Origin: a virus
Lineage: Duplodnaviria; Caudoviricetes
Strand: one strand, 5' to 3'
DNA length: 64,000 bases
IMG/VR virus record: IMGVR_UViG_3300021255_000140
Span: 39,513 to 103,512 of that record
Within the stretch, counting starts at the first letter, position 1. Each line of letters starts with the position of its first letter. The notes under the pieces were generated by a model. It saw only the letters and a program-made list of their open reading frames with translations. It was not told the origin of the DNA and searched no databases. Shown piece after piece: positions 46,101-57,700 of the stretch. The position numbers and the translations under genes are program-made.

Positions 46101-46533
46101 TTCTCCAGTCAAGGAACTGACCTCTGAAAGTCAGGACGACATTGCTGTTGGCTGGCAGATTCTTCTTTATGGTCAAAGCTCCCCTTGTATCACTTGAAGA
46201 AATATCTATAGAATAGTCCTCTCCTGCAGTCCACACATCTGCTATCGGCTCTCCATCCACCAGCCATATCATCTTGTCGCTGTCGGTGGAAAGGAACTCG
46301 TTGGCGTTTCCCCTGCGGAAAATCCCATCAGGGTCTATGGCACGCACCTCTGGCAGAATGACCGTAGGCGTGAGGTTTCTGTCAGGCTCGTACTCCGCCG
46401 CTCCTGAAAGTGTACTCACGCTTTGAGCGCATGGAGACATTTCCGTAAGGCAGACCATCTGGCAACTCACCGTGAGCGGTCTGAACTTGACTCTTGTATG
46501 TGTCCTCTGTGAAATAAAACTGTTCTCGTTCAT
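43156..46533 (-). CDS. minor tail protein with a large internal insert
   Basis: N-terminal EYEPDR.LTP.VILP; internal duplicated GKLNG.G.S.VVF unit; tail module location. Confidence 0.75.
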   Translation of the reverse strand: MNENSFISQRTHTRVKFRPLTVSCQMVCLTEMSPCAQSVSTLSGAAEYEPDRNLTPTVILPEVRAIDPDGIFRRGNANEFLSTDSDKMIWLVDGEPIADVWTAGEDYSIDISSSDTRGALTIKKNLPANSNVVLTFRGQFLDWRTGITYDVESNEIALTCTEKGTDVIQCSVDKPLVTYDPLYDNLLLWEHKKALGMMVSGTRAEANDGKSYEQEINVLLTKGLKELNYENQVKTSDGFLFRKTANGQLTANPDVAQLTAMRGKSVVWNQSFNPVNVPTRTDTVSGVEVKLTRGEYSINLNGTISATNSFNVQTGDAVKLISGHKYYTGGSGIEYVTIRTALGGVTSKRKLADIRTCSYTGFTNLAMDFTGPSIGTVLNNKVVYVKIFDLTLMFGAGNEPATVEEFEAMFPNEYYPYNTGEVLNFNAESLKTVGFNQIDLSGCEFGTYNRTTGVLVDNTSVVRCWMPVVGGSLYYIKIGTNIRQDSNGIGWYDAEHNYLGNADWSALVEAPSSAAFGLVVLRAVSGAITIEMVRASGLCINISDPAKNDTYEPYWESNLPLNIKTQTGKLNGSGESIVVFQNGMAGMNGVQDTIIGNVATKKFLQVNDLTTLPITLNYEGYAPEEEGGDTVYSFILELPKNAKAFTSAVMNGLFNKKYSASYGISAASSNNFYIYTLQGKSYVEIMDDDFSEDARFDDEEQWDALIADIRASLVDKMLLYELNDYENYIIDNFIEITTIKGKLNGIGPSVVVFPYGTKNLGTVKDELTVSAATKKIMTVDLGQCDIMFGDEYRVYDGNNDNSKYYFEVRLPKKAARGKYSQGRCEKYTGVTTLSYDQSNTFSISSELNIIDSRYAFDDRMADEDLFEQMRQEIKDYLSGVMFDYELDEHEDYVLDRNIGLPIKVDYLGTEEVIQPEGTAPTSTVGEMDIEYSTLNDGIKMRIVKLGTSTALEPNSETSPELTEALYPTIKFDMRMIDSGEYEVQFVKDGEIVARATIGLNRETTMPASGQGMFSADIVPNQNIYRNTALLQLRDRVVEFPELYYLLRWFTQTQYNDNGTWRYKDALPWQHGENLAVKVSDIGMGVTKNDSWFDYWFECDAHKVSELVTDENGVVLVDENGEYLID

Positions 46534-46535
46534 AT

Positions 46536-49500
46536 TTAACTGAAATATTTTGCTGTTGCTGATTTTGCCGCGAGACCGCTGACATCATTGCTCGCCGTGA
46601 CTGTGAATGTAGCGGCTATCTTGCTGATTCCGTCTATGCCAAGGTCGCTGAAACTAATATAGAAAGGATTTTCTACGCTTGTATGCTCATTGTTCCACAA
46701 AGCATCGCTTGCGGCATCTCCCGTGTTGCGTGTGACAGATATATGTGTAAACTGTGACGTAACATCTTCCCCGTAGCCGTTGATGACATATACCGTTACC
46801 TCTTCCGTTTCTCCTGGTGCTATTGAGCCGCCGAGGGATTGGTCAACATAACATCTGTATGCCAAACGCTCGAACTGGTCTATCTGCCCGAAGATGTAGG
46901 CATTGCCGAACACCTGACCATATCCGTGGAAGACTTTTGTATAAGGCTGACCTTGGCTGTCTATGGCTGGCATTGAGAAGCCTTCGAGGTGGCCGTGTAT
47001 CTCGTAGTAGTTTGCAGGCTGGAACTCCCATGTGCTCACGCCTGTCAACGATACGGAATACTCCGTCGTAGTATAGGTGAAAGCCTGTCTCTCCTTGTTC
47101 GAGATATTACCGCGACCTGCAAAGTGCATACCGACAAAAGGGTGATGCCCGTTGCCGCCATCTGCCTTGCTACGCAAAACATAAGTGAAGTTCTCGTTGT
47201 GGGCACCGCTGACTCCCGTAATCTGAAAGTACACCGTCTTAAATCCAGCGAAAGAGAAATTACCTTTGTTGTCGTCACTATTCGCATCGGCGTTTCCGCT
47301 CTCGTCATGCCAAATACCCATGCACAGGTCTCCGACTGCGATAGCGCCAATCTCACCCTCGTCAAGTTTCAAAGTACCGCTACCTGTTTCAGCTCCAGTT
47401 GTGTCTGGAGTAATGGTTTCGATGATACCGCCTCCAAAAGTGTCCCACCGTATGCCTGTGTATATGGAAACTTTGTTGTACCGCAGTTCCGGCACTTCAA
47501 GCCATTCCCATAGCCTAAGTGAACGCAGTTCGCCTCTGCCTTGCCCATCTATTTCTCCTCCGATACCAACTATGCCAGGGATAAAATCATGCGTGCGGAA
47601 CGCATTCCGTGCGACTATATCATTAAACTCTGCATCGCCGTTGCTATTGATGTTTCCACCTCTGCCGCCAGATTTGAAATCTCCGAAATTTGCCCCTTGC
47701 CTGAAAGTAATCAATCCCTTTGCCTCGTCATTATGCTTTTTGGAAAGAAATCTTTTTTCTCCCTCTGAATCAAGGATGCTGAGCAGTGCCGCTGAGTTCT
47801 GCCCGCCTCCTCCGCCTCCACTGCCAAACAGACTTCCATTGTATATCCTGTCAACTGAAATCGTCAATCTTTGCAAGGTTGTCTGCTGAATATCATCGTT
47901 CAGCTTTAGGGTCGTCTTAGGCGTCAGGTTTTCTCCCATCTCTATAGAAACCTGCTCTATCGTTATATCTACCAGTGGTAGGGGAGAATCGTCAGTTGAA
48001 GGTATTCCTCTGAAAGTAATCTTCAATCCTGAGTATAAACGCCAGAAAATACTATCTTCCACCTTCCCCTCTTTTCGCATGTTCTCATAATTGTATTGAA
48101 GGTAGTTGTCTGAAAGTACCGGCTGATAAGTGAACTTCGTTTCGCAGTTGTCTGCAAGATAGTCTGTAGCTGCTTTCAGCAGGCGTATTTCCGCCATTTG
48201 AATATAGGCTTCTGGCATTTCTATATTTAACAATACGAAATAATCTCCTGCCTCTATAGGGTCAACAGAACTCGGATAGTATGTGTTAAGGCTTTCATCT
48301 TTTGCCCGGTTCAATTCGAGCATATAGCCTTTCTTCCCGTTGTATTCGACTTTTTCTACGTTGGTCCCTATTTCGAACTCCCTGCCTGTACAGCGCCCGC
48401 TTTTCATTGAGACAACTGGAGTTTCCCCGTTGAAACATGCTTTTAAGTCAAAGCCCATATCTTTGATGAATACATGGAATGGTGTACTCTGCGTCGTTGA
48501 ATCACGCAGTTCTCTCCAAATGTATTCCGATTCAGGTGCTCCTTCTTTGCTTGATTTCCCAACTTCGTAGTCAAAGAGAATGGTGCCAGAGAATCCACTT
48601 GGGTATTCTTCAATCTCCATTTTCGGAGAGAATATCACAGATATATCTGAAAACTTTGTTACGGTTATGCTTTCTGTTTTTTGTTCCTCCTGCTCTTTGT
48701 AGTCGGGTAGTTCCGGCAGCGCAACCTCTTTCCACTGGTCTTCCCTTTTTGCAGAAGTGAAGTCAGAATCGTATGTCGCGATAATTGTCTGTTCTCCTGT
48801 GTTTTTGTCAGTCTGGACTATTTGCATCCTGAAACCAACATTTACGTCGAAGTCAGTGTATGCCAAAAAAGAATACACAACAGAAACATAGTCAACGCTC
48901 GTCGGAACAAGAAGATATTTTCCTGGAAGTACGTCCTTTACAGAGAGCAGTGTTTGCCCGTCCCCATACCACACTTCTTTCTCTGGTATGTCGCGCAATG
49001 TGTAGTGCTGCCCAGATATGACTGCACTCTTTGTTATGCCATAAACGGGAGCGTCTTCATCTGTCAGAATACCATTACCTATGTTGGCATCATCTGCAAG
49101 AACTCCGTCTGAATAATGCCCGATGGCAAGCAGAGAGTCAATTCGTTCTTTGTTGCCATAATTAGGAAAGGCATTAGCTCCAGTCGTTCCATCTTGGTCT
49201 TCCACAAGCGCGGCTCTGAGCTCTTCGTAAATTGCGCCCTCTATTGTTGGGAAAATCTCTTTAAGTTCACCGTTTGACCCATCCCATCTTGCACTATCTT
49301 CCCTTATGCCCTCAGCACAATTGCCCGCGTCGTCGTTTTTATCTATATACGCATCGTTGGATTCTCCCTTGACATGACGCACGTAAGGCAGGTTGGTCAG
49401 TGGGTTTATTCCGTATATGGCATCTCTTTCTGCATTGGCAGCATCTTTTACGGATGGAACGTCAAACGTGTTCGGCAACTGTAAGTTTGCAGGGAAAAGA

Positions 49501-50474
49501 GATTGCGACAGATTGTATTTTTTATTGTAATATCTGTACGGCATATTTTTCGTTGAACCGAATGCGCGCAGCCGCGTGACGATTTTCTGTTCTCCGCTCG
49601 TGGTTTTCTTTATCTGGAAAAGTGCGCTTCCAGGGTTTTCCCTTGTAGGGTAGCCTTCTCCATATCCGAAAGCGAACGTTCCGCTGTCATCATCGCTCGT
49701 CAGATTTTTCAATGTATACCCGATGTATATATTTCTGCCTTTGATGCTATAATCCAAATCAAAGGTATTATGGACTTCCGAGAGCGCACTGTATACCGAT
49801 GTGTTGTCAAATGTGAGAGTTTTGTCTTCTGTATGTGTCGCCAATTGCGTTTCCCCGGATGCGACTTCGATAGTCGTCTCGGTGTCTACATATATATTCC
49901 ACATGCCGGGGAAAAACCTATCAAGATTGGCTTGCATTTTCGCAGCCAATGCGCAGACAGCCGTAAGCGTTTTGCCGTTGACGGATGTTTCACCGCAGAA
50001 TAAGACGAACCTGCTACTGCCAGTATAGTTCGTTCCGAGAGCCGGGCTGTACCGCCCAGTCGTCGAAGTAATGTCAAGCATTGTTACCCTCGTCAGTTCT
50101 TCGTATCTGCCGTCAAATTTTATACTGTCGTATTCATACGCATTCAGTGTTTCTCTGCTTCTTGCATTCTGTGTGACCTGCGGGATGTTGTTCAATGTAT
50201 ACGTTTCTCCACGAAATACACAATAATCTCCGACTTTCCAGTCTATCGGTTTTTCCGATTTTACTGAAAGGGAAATGTATTGTTCTCCCATCATCTTATC
50301 CTGAAAACTCCATTTGTTCGCTATGGCGCGAAGGCAAAGGACATCCGCATCCGTTTTTCCAAAAATCGCCAGTGCAGGTATCTCCTCTGTCAGAGATATG
50401 GTACTCTGTATATCAACAACCTCCATAGACGAGGTTATTGCGTGTGCGTTATATAGTGTTTGCAGGATATTCAT
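46536..50474 (-). CDS. tail tip / baseplate hub (Tal-like) protein
   Basis: MMGEQYISL, IVTRLRAFGSTKNMP.RYY, EAGDYFVL..I.MP; follows the Dit-like gene. Confidence 0.8.
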   Translation of the reverse strand: MNILQTLYNAHAITSSMEVVDIQSTISLTEEIPALAIFGKTDADVLCLRAIANKWSFQDKMMGEQYISLSVKSEKPIDWKVGDYCVFRGETYTLNNIPQVTQNARSRETLNAYEYDSIKFDGRYEELTRVTMLDITSTTGRYSPALGTNYTGSSRFVLFCGETSVNGKTLTAVCALAAKMQANLDRFFPGMWNIYVDTETTIEVASGETQLATHTEDKTLTFDNTSVYSALSEVHNTFDLDYSIKGRNIYIGYTLKNLTSDDDSGTFAFGYGEGYPTRENPGSALFQIKKTTSGEQKIVTRLRAFGSTKNMPYRYYNKKYNLSQSLFPANLQLPNTFDVPSVKDAANAERDAIYGINPLTNLPYVRHVKGESNDAYIDKNDDAGNCAEGIREDSARWDGSNGELKEIFPTIEGAIYEELRAALVEDQDGTTGANAFPNYGNKERIDSLLAIGHYSDGVLADDANIGNGILTDEDAPVYGITKSAVISGQHYTLRDIPEKEVWYGDGQTLLSVKDVLPGKYLLVPTSVDYVSVVYSFLAYTDFDVNVGFRMQIVQTDKNTGEQTIIATYDSDFTSAKREDQWKEVALPELPDYKEQEEQKTESITVTKFSDISVIFSPKMEIEEYPSGFSGTILFDYEVGKSSKEGAPESEYIWRELRDSTTQSTPFHVFIKDMGFDLKACFNGETPVVSMKSGRCTGREFEIGTNVEKVEYNGKKGYMLELNRAKDESLNTYYPSSVDPIEAGDYFVLLNIEMPEAYIQMAEIRLLKAATDYLADNCETKFTYQPVLSDNYLQYNYENMRKEGKVEDSIFWRLYSGLKITFRGIPSTDDSPLPLVDITIEQVSIEMGENLTPKTTLKLNDDIQQTTLQRLTISVDRIYNGSLFGSGGGGGGQNSAALLSILDSEGEKRFLSKKHNDEAKGLITFRQGANFGDFKSGGRGGNINSNGDAEFNDIVARNAFRTHDFIPGIVGIGGEIDGQGRGELRSLRLWEWLEVPELRYNKVSIYTGIRWDTFGGGIIETITPDTTGAETGSGTLKLDEGEIGAIAVGDLCMGIWHDESGNADANSDDNKGNFSFAGFKTVYFQITGVSGAHNENFTYVLRSKADGGNGHHPFVGMHFAGRGNISNKERQAFTYTTTEYSVSLTGVSTWEFQPANYYEIHGHLEGFSMPAIDSQGQPYTKVFHGYGQVFGNAYIFGQIDQFERLAYRCYVDQSLGGSIAPGETEEVTVYVINGYGEDVTSQFTHISVTRNTGDAASDALWNNEHTSVENPFYISFSDLGIDGISKIAATFTVTASNDVSGLAAKSATAKYFS

Positions 50475-51028
50475 TCAAAGTTCAATTGAGATATTTTTTT
50501 TACTCTCCCGACTGTCTCGTAAACAGGTGTTACATCTGTAGATGGGTCATAGACATGGAATTTTACCTTGAACTTTGCTACGGCATCAGGGTCGTTTTCG
50601 GACATGAAAAATAAATCATTGTTTATCTCGGACACAACTACGTCCTTGCGACCGATTCCATTATATTCATTATAAACGGCAAGCCTGCACCCGATGGCGC
50701 CATCGTTTCTTCCTGTCAAGAATTTACAAAAATCGGAGATGTCGTTCCTTACGCTTTCTTCTGTCCCGTTGCATAGAAACTCAACGTCAATGTCGTAATC
50801 ATCCAATGGCAACTTGTCAGGTGTATAGACACTAAGTCCGTCTCTTCCCGGCCAGTCAAGCGAGGGTAATTGTTTTGACTTCGGATAAAGCATGAATGGG
50901 AAATCCTCGCATACAACATTGTATTCTTCAAGAATATCCACCGCATCGCCCTTCGTATATTCGATGCCATTGAATTTAAGCTGCTGAATATATGTTCTGT
51001 ACAACGGCATGTTAACAATTTTTAACAA
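50471..51028 (-). CDS. distal tail protein (Dit-like)
   Basis: K.LPSLDW.G.DG, FKVKFHVYDP; position after the TMP. Confidence 0.7.
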   Translation of the reverse strand: MLKIVNMPLYRTYIQQLKFNGIEYTKGDAVDILEEYNVVCEDFPFMLYPKSKQLPSLDWPGRDGLSVYTPDKLPLDDYDIDVEFLCNGTEESVRNDISDFCKFLTGRNDGAIGCRLAVYNEYNGIGRKDVVVSEINNDLFFMSENDPDAVAKFKVKFHVYDPSTDVTPVYETVGRVKKISQLNFE

Positions 51029-51156
51029 AGATACAATCCGAAAAGCGGCCGCAATGCATTCCGTATTGGAAATGTGGCGGCTTTAGCATTTCCAATTTTA
51101 ATTTCCGATAGAACGACTATGATTTTCTATTTTTGCAATAGAAATCTAATCTGCGA

Positions 51157-51669
51157 ATGGATTTATTGAACAAGGAACTACGTGAGCAAGCTATCAGCCT
51201 TGGACTATGTGAAGAGTGGACTAACTTATGGAAAGATGACTGGTCTGAGGAGAAAATGGTGGAGATGATGTACCGCGGTCTTGATTTCTGCCTTCAGCAT
51301 CATTGGCCTTCCAATGATTTTATTGTCAGTAAATTTAGGCGAGAGTTCCTTAGAAACCATAATATTTTTATTGATGACAAATATAGCACTATCAATCCAA
51401 AAGAAGGTCTCGTTCTTGGGAAGTCGGAAGTAAAAATGAGGTTTAATTCAAATTGTTACGGAAATATCCATATCCGCGACAATTCATCGGTAAAACTGAC
51501 TGCAAAAAACCGCAGTTTTGTCATCGTGCATCTTTATGAGAACTCACATATTACAGCGGAAAAGTACGATAGTGCAGAATTGGTCATAGTAAAACATTCA
51601 CGCACCGTAACTATTGATGCAGGAAATGGAATTGTTATAAAAGAAGAATATGATTTTTTGAACTCATAA
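51157..51669 (+). CDS. hypothetical protein, opposite strand to the tail operon
   Basis: AISLGLCEEW...GLDFC...P; short beta repeats; own TATTTTTG promoter at 51128. Confidence 0.7.
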   Translation: MDLLNKELREQAISLGLCEEWTNLWKDDWSEEKMVEMMYRGLDFCLQHHWPSNDFIVSKFRREFLRNHNIFIDDKYSTINPKEGLVLGKSEVKMRFNSNCYGNIHIRDNSSVKLTAKNRSFVIVHLYENSHITAEKYDSAELVIVKHSRTVTIDAGNGIVIKEEYDFLNS

Positions 51670-51720
51670 ATCATTTTACTTGTTTAGTTATTTTATTCAT
51701 AATTGTCAAAATCACAATTA

Positions 51721-51751
51721 AGCCATGCCGTCTGTGACAGATAGCATGGCT
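51721..51751. terminator. bidirectional hairpin between the convergent 51157 gene and the TMP
   Basis: agccatgc-cgtctgtgacagata-gcatggct. Confidence 0.65.
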
Positions 51752-51776
51752 TTTCCAATATGACAAAAACAAAAGA

Positions 51777-54700
51777 TTATTTCATCGATAAGGATTCAAT
51801 GCCGTTCACGACATTATCAAACCTTGACCGCAATGCGGCTATCTCATTATACATTGCCCCGCGCCCGTCACGCATCATCTCCATGACAATCCTCGTGTTG
51901 TTGTCTATATTGCCAAGAGATGTGACGCTATACCTGAACTGCTCAATATATTCAGGCCAGAACTGTGTAATGTATTGCGCAAGCATGATGCGGTTTGCTG
52001 CGATGTCCTGTCTTGCGGCATTGATGTACCCTGCCAACAAATCAGAGGTTTCCTCGCTTGTTCCTTGTACGCTACTGCTGAGTGTCTTTGCAGTCTCAGA
52101 TTTAACGTCCAGACCATACTTTTTCAACATTTCCTGATAAGCCGTCATAAATTGGGTCGATGCACCGATAGCTTTTTCTCCTTCTCCGCCTGTACCGAAA
52201 AACTCCCCGATGGCCTCTATCAGTTTAGGCATACTTCCTTCTACGTCGTTAGGGTCAAGCAGACCTGAAATTTTATCTTCAAGACTCTCAAACATAGGCT
52301 GAAGTATCTTCATTTTAAGCATCTTGTTGCCGACCTGTTGCAAGATACCCGTAACCGTGTCTCGGTATGACTTCGCCATGTTCTCTCCGTTTTCAAACGC
52401 TGATGCGAGTGCATCAGACAGTTGGTCCGCCCATCCTTTGACATCTATGTCAAACAGTTCCTTTGCCAAATCAAGCGTGAAGTAGCGTATCTGATCATCC
52501 AATTCGGCGATTTTCTTTTTGGTCGCCTCAATGTCGGAATTGGATTGCTTCTTCTTGCTCATCTGCTTGTCAAGAATCTTCATGTAGGATTCGTGTTCCT
52601 TCTGTAGATTTTTGTACTCTTGTATATATCCGCTTCCTTCATCGTTGCGCCCGTAGTATTCATACATGGCTTTCTTGGCTGCATCATCAAACTCCACGGT
52701 GACTGACTTTCCTCTCATAATGTCAATTGTCCTTGAGAATTTATTGCTGTAATCAGCGTATTGCTGTGCGAAACTTCTTCTCACGTCTCCGTTGTCAAAA
52801 CCGAGAGTGCGCTGTCTCGCTTGCACTATCAAAGCCGTATTATTTTCAATCTTCGTTACTTCCTCCCGGAGTTTGTTAATCTGCCGTTCAAGCGACTTGT
52901 CATGGACTTGTGCGATACTGGTAATTCCTCCTATCGCCGCACCTGCCGCCATTCCCAAAGGGCCAGCAAAACTGAGAGACTGGGCACCGCTGACAGCTCC
53001 ACCCATTACCGCTCCTGCATCAGAGAACGCATTGGCGGCGCCTTCCATTCCGAGAGCGTTGAACATGTCACCGAGCATGTTTGAAACCTTTGAGAGCCTG
53101 TCAAACACAGTGGCGACTTGCTCTGCTTTTTTCTGCATTTTTTCAAGCGCGGCGGCTCGTTCCTCTTCTTTCTTTGCTCCCTTTTCATCTCCTTTTATAC
53201 GAAGTAAAGAAGCCTTGTCTCTATGATAATCTATAAGCCCTTGCTGGCCTCCAGAAAGAAAGGCACCGACACCGCCTTTGATACCGAGAAAACCACTTTG
53301 ATCAAACTCCGTTGCAATCTTGTTCAGGTTAGCGACCTTCTCTGTGTATTGCTCCATCGTAATTGCGCCGGTGCTTAATTGTGAATTGAGGCTGTCAAGT
53401 TCATTCTGATAAGCTGTTCTAAATTCTGCCGCAGCCATCTGCTGTGACCTGTTATAAAGGTTAGAATACATTGACGTTGCCTGCCAGTTCTTCGTTTCCA
53501 TCTGCGCTTGCGCTGCATTTTTCCTTCGGTCAGCCTCCTCCTGAGTTATCTTGCCTGCTGCCAACAGTCTGTTAGTTTCTTCGAGTGCTGCGTTGTATTC
53601 CCGTTGGTTTCGGCTTTGTATTGATGTAATGTCTACAAGACCGCCCAACCACTTTGCATAGTTCTGAATATCGCTCTTTGTTAAATCTTCCTGCGCCTTC
53701 TTCCAGTCTTTCAAATCGTTCTGTATCGCCTTTATCTTATCCTCCGAAACACCGAGTTCAGTGACATATTTGTCAATATCCTTATCTCCCATGCCGAGGA
53801 TGCTGTTGAAGTCAATAGGCACTCCCGCATACCCGGATATTTTTGCACGCTTGAGGTCTGCGACGGTCGCTCCCGGAGCGATACCGGTAAGTCGCTCTGC
53901 GAGAGAAGCGTCACCAGTTGTTGTTAACAGAGAATTGAAAATTTCCCATTTGCGGGTTATTTCATCAAGTTGCTCTTTCGTGTCGCTTGCAAACTCGTCC
54001 ATCTTTCTCTGCGCTTCCGTGAAATCAACATCGTTGATGGCATCGCGTATGAGTTTGATGGCATCAACCATGAAATTGTTTCTGTGTGTCTTAGTTTTAT
54101 ACAACGACATTCCTTCATCAAGAAGACCTCCGAGGTTTCCTTTGTAATTCGGTATGCTGTCAAGACTAAGGTTTGTCTTCCACTCTTTGTTGAACTCGTC
54201 AAACAACGGCTGAAACTGTTTCTTCACTTTTTCGAGCGCACTGCCTTCGCCTACCTGATTGGCATATTTTTTATACCAGTCGTAGGCGTCTTTGTAGAGT
54301 TTCGCTATCTCGCGCAGCCTCTTTGCCTCCCGATCTTCGTTGTTGCTCCTTCCAGATTTTTTGTTGTCACTTAGGTCATATCCCTCCTTTTCGAGAGTCT
54401 TGTTGTTAAGTTCACTCGCATAAGCCTCAATGTAATCTCTTGCGGCCTTTTTGGTGTTTTCATTGTTAAGGGAATCTATAAAATCATCAGCAGCTCTTTG
54501 CCCAGCAGTTTTCCCCTGTTGTTTAGGCAAAGTCCCTTGTGCAAAGGGCATGTATATAAAAGATTCCGCATCGTTTGCACCTTCTGTATTCAGAGTAGTT
54601 CTACCTTCTCTATAAAGAGCGGCTGCTAATGCTTGCAATTTTTTCTCAGAGACATTTCCTTTCTTCAAAATTCCGCGTGTGTCCTTAAATGTCTGCTCGT

Positions 54701-57700
54701 TTTGTTTTCTATCTTTTTTGGCGGCCTCTGTGACATCGGATATGCTTGTGACTTGCTTTATTTCGACTTTCCATGTCTTTGAGGTGAGATTTTCAAGATA
54801 TTGCTGGAACTTAGACAACTGATTGTATGCCTCCTCAACTTCAACATCTATCTTAATTCCGAAATGTTTAAGCAATTCGTTCTCAATCTTACGACGCTCT
54901 TCTTTAGCCAAGTCAGTGAACCCTTCAATGCCTTTGAGGAAAGTCTGTATTCCTATCTGCACAGCACGTTTCTGATATTCGTTAAACTGACTCACGGATT
55001 TTCCATAACGACCTTCAAGCTTCTTCACCAAATCTTTAGTATATGTATCTGCATCGTCGGTGAATCGCTTGTAAGCACTGTCGTACTCAATGATTGCACG
55101 CTTGTAGTTGGTCCACGGAGATGCAAACGCCGAACCACCCATCTTTGCTTCAAAAGACGCATAAGCCTTCTGGTATTGATCGAGGAGTTTTATCTGTGCG
55201 GCGATGTCAGTCTCGGCAAATCCTTCCTTTCCATTGCTTTTGCTATAGGTTTCTATGTTTTTCTGCACCGCATCTCTGTAATCGCCAAAGATGTCTCTCG
55301 TCTGTTTAAGGGCAATGTCTATTTTTGACCTGTTTTTAAGGAACTCGCTTTCCGTGTTTTTGAGATTCTGTACTTCTTCAGCATAATCTTTTATATTTTT
55401 TCGCATGCTGTCATTTAACCCGAATTGATACCATCTTCCGCCGGTTTTATTGTTGGAGTTCTCAAACTCGTCAGATATTTCCTCAAGTTCGGCATAGGCT
55501 TTCTTCGTGGCATCTATTTCTTTTGCAAGAATCTCATATTGCTCTGCGAGAGAGTTCACGCTTGCCCCGTTGTCTACTTTGAAAGCGTCTTTCAAGACAT
55601 TTCCCACCTGCGGAGAATACTCCTTGAGTTCTTGCGTCATTGCATCTATCTGCGTCTTCAATTCAGATTCGCTCAAATCAGCGGAGATACCGACTTTGAA
55701 ATTCACGGCATTCTGGCTCATATTCCTATAGCCTTCAACCGCTTTGTTTTTCATTTCACTTTTACGCTCACGCTCTGCCTGAAGTTTCTGATATTGGCTT
55801 GATATAAGCGTTATGACACTTTCTATAGCAAGAAGCCATCCGATTGACGCGGTCATGGCTTTCAGTGACGCCCTAAATGCCTTTGCTCCTGCCGTGGCAC
55901 CCATCCAGCCGAGTTTCATCCTCGTCAACACACCGTTCAATGCGCCGAAGCCGGAAACTTTCGCACCTGCCATAGCCCTCAGTTGCGCGACCGTGTATTT
56001 GCTTGTGGATATGGCATTGCCGATCATGGCTTTGTCTATACGCCCGCTCATCGCTATCTGTTGAAGCTGAGCCTTGGTCAACCCCATCGTGGCACCCGCC
56101 AACTCTGCCTGTTCGACAGTGAGCCTCCGTGTCGCCACGGCGATGAGCAACTGCTGCCTGTTCAGCTGTTTGGTTACGGCGAGATTTTTGACTTCCTCGG
56201 CAGTGAGCTTGTACGTCGCACCTCTCAGCGCCTTTACAGAAACACCGTATGTCGTGATTTGGGCATTGACGCCCGCCATTGCAAGTTTTTGGATGCCGAA
56301 GTACGCAGTCGCGCTCGCAATGATGGGAAGAACAACTTTCCATTCCCTTGTAAGAGATGTCAATCCACTTGCTATTAATTTGAGTATATCACCGATACCA
56401 CCTTTGGCCATCTCCCCATACATAATGTCCATAGAGTCTTTCAAGTTCTTGAAACGAGCCTGGACACTCTCGGATATGGTTTCCTGCATGTTGTAGAACA
56501 TGCCGCCCTCATCTGTCAAATCCTTGATAACTGCGACGACGTCCTCGTAACCGATTTGTTTTTTGCTTACACGTTTGCGGATTTCAGCGGTTGACACTAT
56601 TTTACCTTCGATTTGAGTCAGACGCTCTGAAAGTTTTTGCAGCATCGGAATGTTGTTCATGGCAAATTGACGGAGCGTATAACCTGAAAGAGCTCCCTCT
56701 GAACGTACATGTCCTAAAGCAAGTGCCAGTCTGCTTACCTCAGTTCCGGCACCTGCAGCAATGTCGGCGAGGCGTTTGGTCATGTCAAACAGTTCATTTG
56801 ACTTGAAACCGTATGCGGAAAGTTGTTTGGAGAATTGGTCAAGTTCGACAACTCCGAAAGGTGATTTGATTGCCAAATTCTTGATATTATCAAACAATTC
56901 GTTAGCCTGCGCAGTATCACCGAGGATAGCACCAAGGGATAGGCGTTGTTTTTCAAGCTGACCGCCAATCTCTATAATGTTCCGGACAAATTGTTGCGCA
57001 CCCCAAACACCCAAATACTGAGTAGCCAAAGATTTAAGGTCGCCCAACACCTGGCTCTGACCTCTTGCGCTGTTTGTAGCCTGGTTTAACGCCTGCGCCA
57101 ACCTCTGCTCTTCCATCGTCAGTTGTGATACAGCGCGTGATGCAAGATTCGTTTCTTGTGCCTGCTTGTTACGCATATCAGCAACGGCTCGACCCGATGC
57201 GATAACACCACTATAATCACGCCCAACTGACAAGGAACGCAACAGACCAGTTGAGTTGCCGCCTCTCTGCGTAATAGTCTCTATCTGCTGCAACTCTCTT
57301 CTTATCTCACGTAGTGCATCTCTTACTGAATTATACTGGCTTTCACCCAATCCGATTTTGCCAACGGAAAGAAGTTTCTGTAAGTCTGCCGATTGTTCAC
57401 GTAACATCTTTATGCGGGATGCAAGAGCCGATTCTGACTGCGAACGCATGGTCTTGGACTCTTGCTGCATAGACTTATAGGATGAGGCAAGTTTCTTTAC
57501 CGCTTCTGCTTCTGCTGCAAGTTTCTCCTTGTTCGCAACCTTGTTGAAGTCAAGACGCATTTCGTTGTTCAGTTGGCGCATGGCTGAGGCTGTTTCGGTA
57601 ACAGAGTGTTTCAACGCGTCGTAGTGACCGCCGAGTAGGGTAACGGAGTTACCCATGTTATCCATTTTATACGCCTCAAGCTTCAATGAACCTAATTTGT

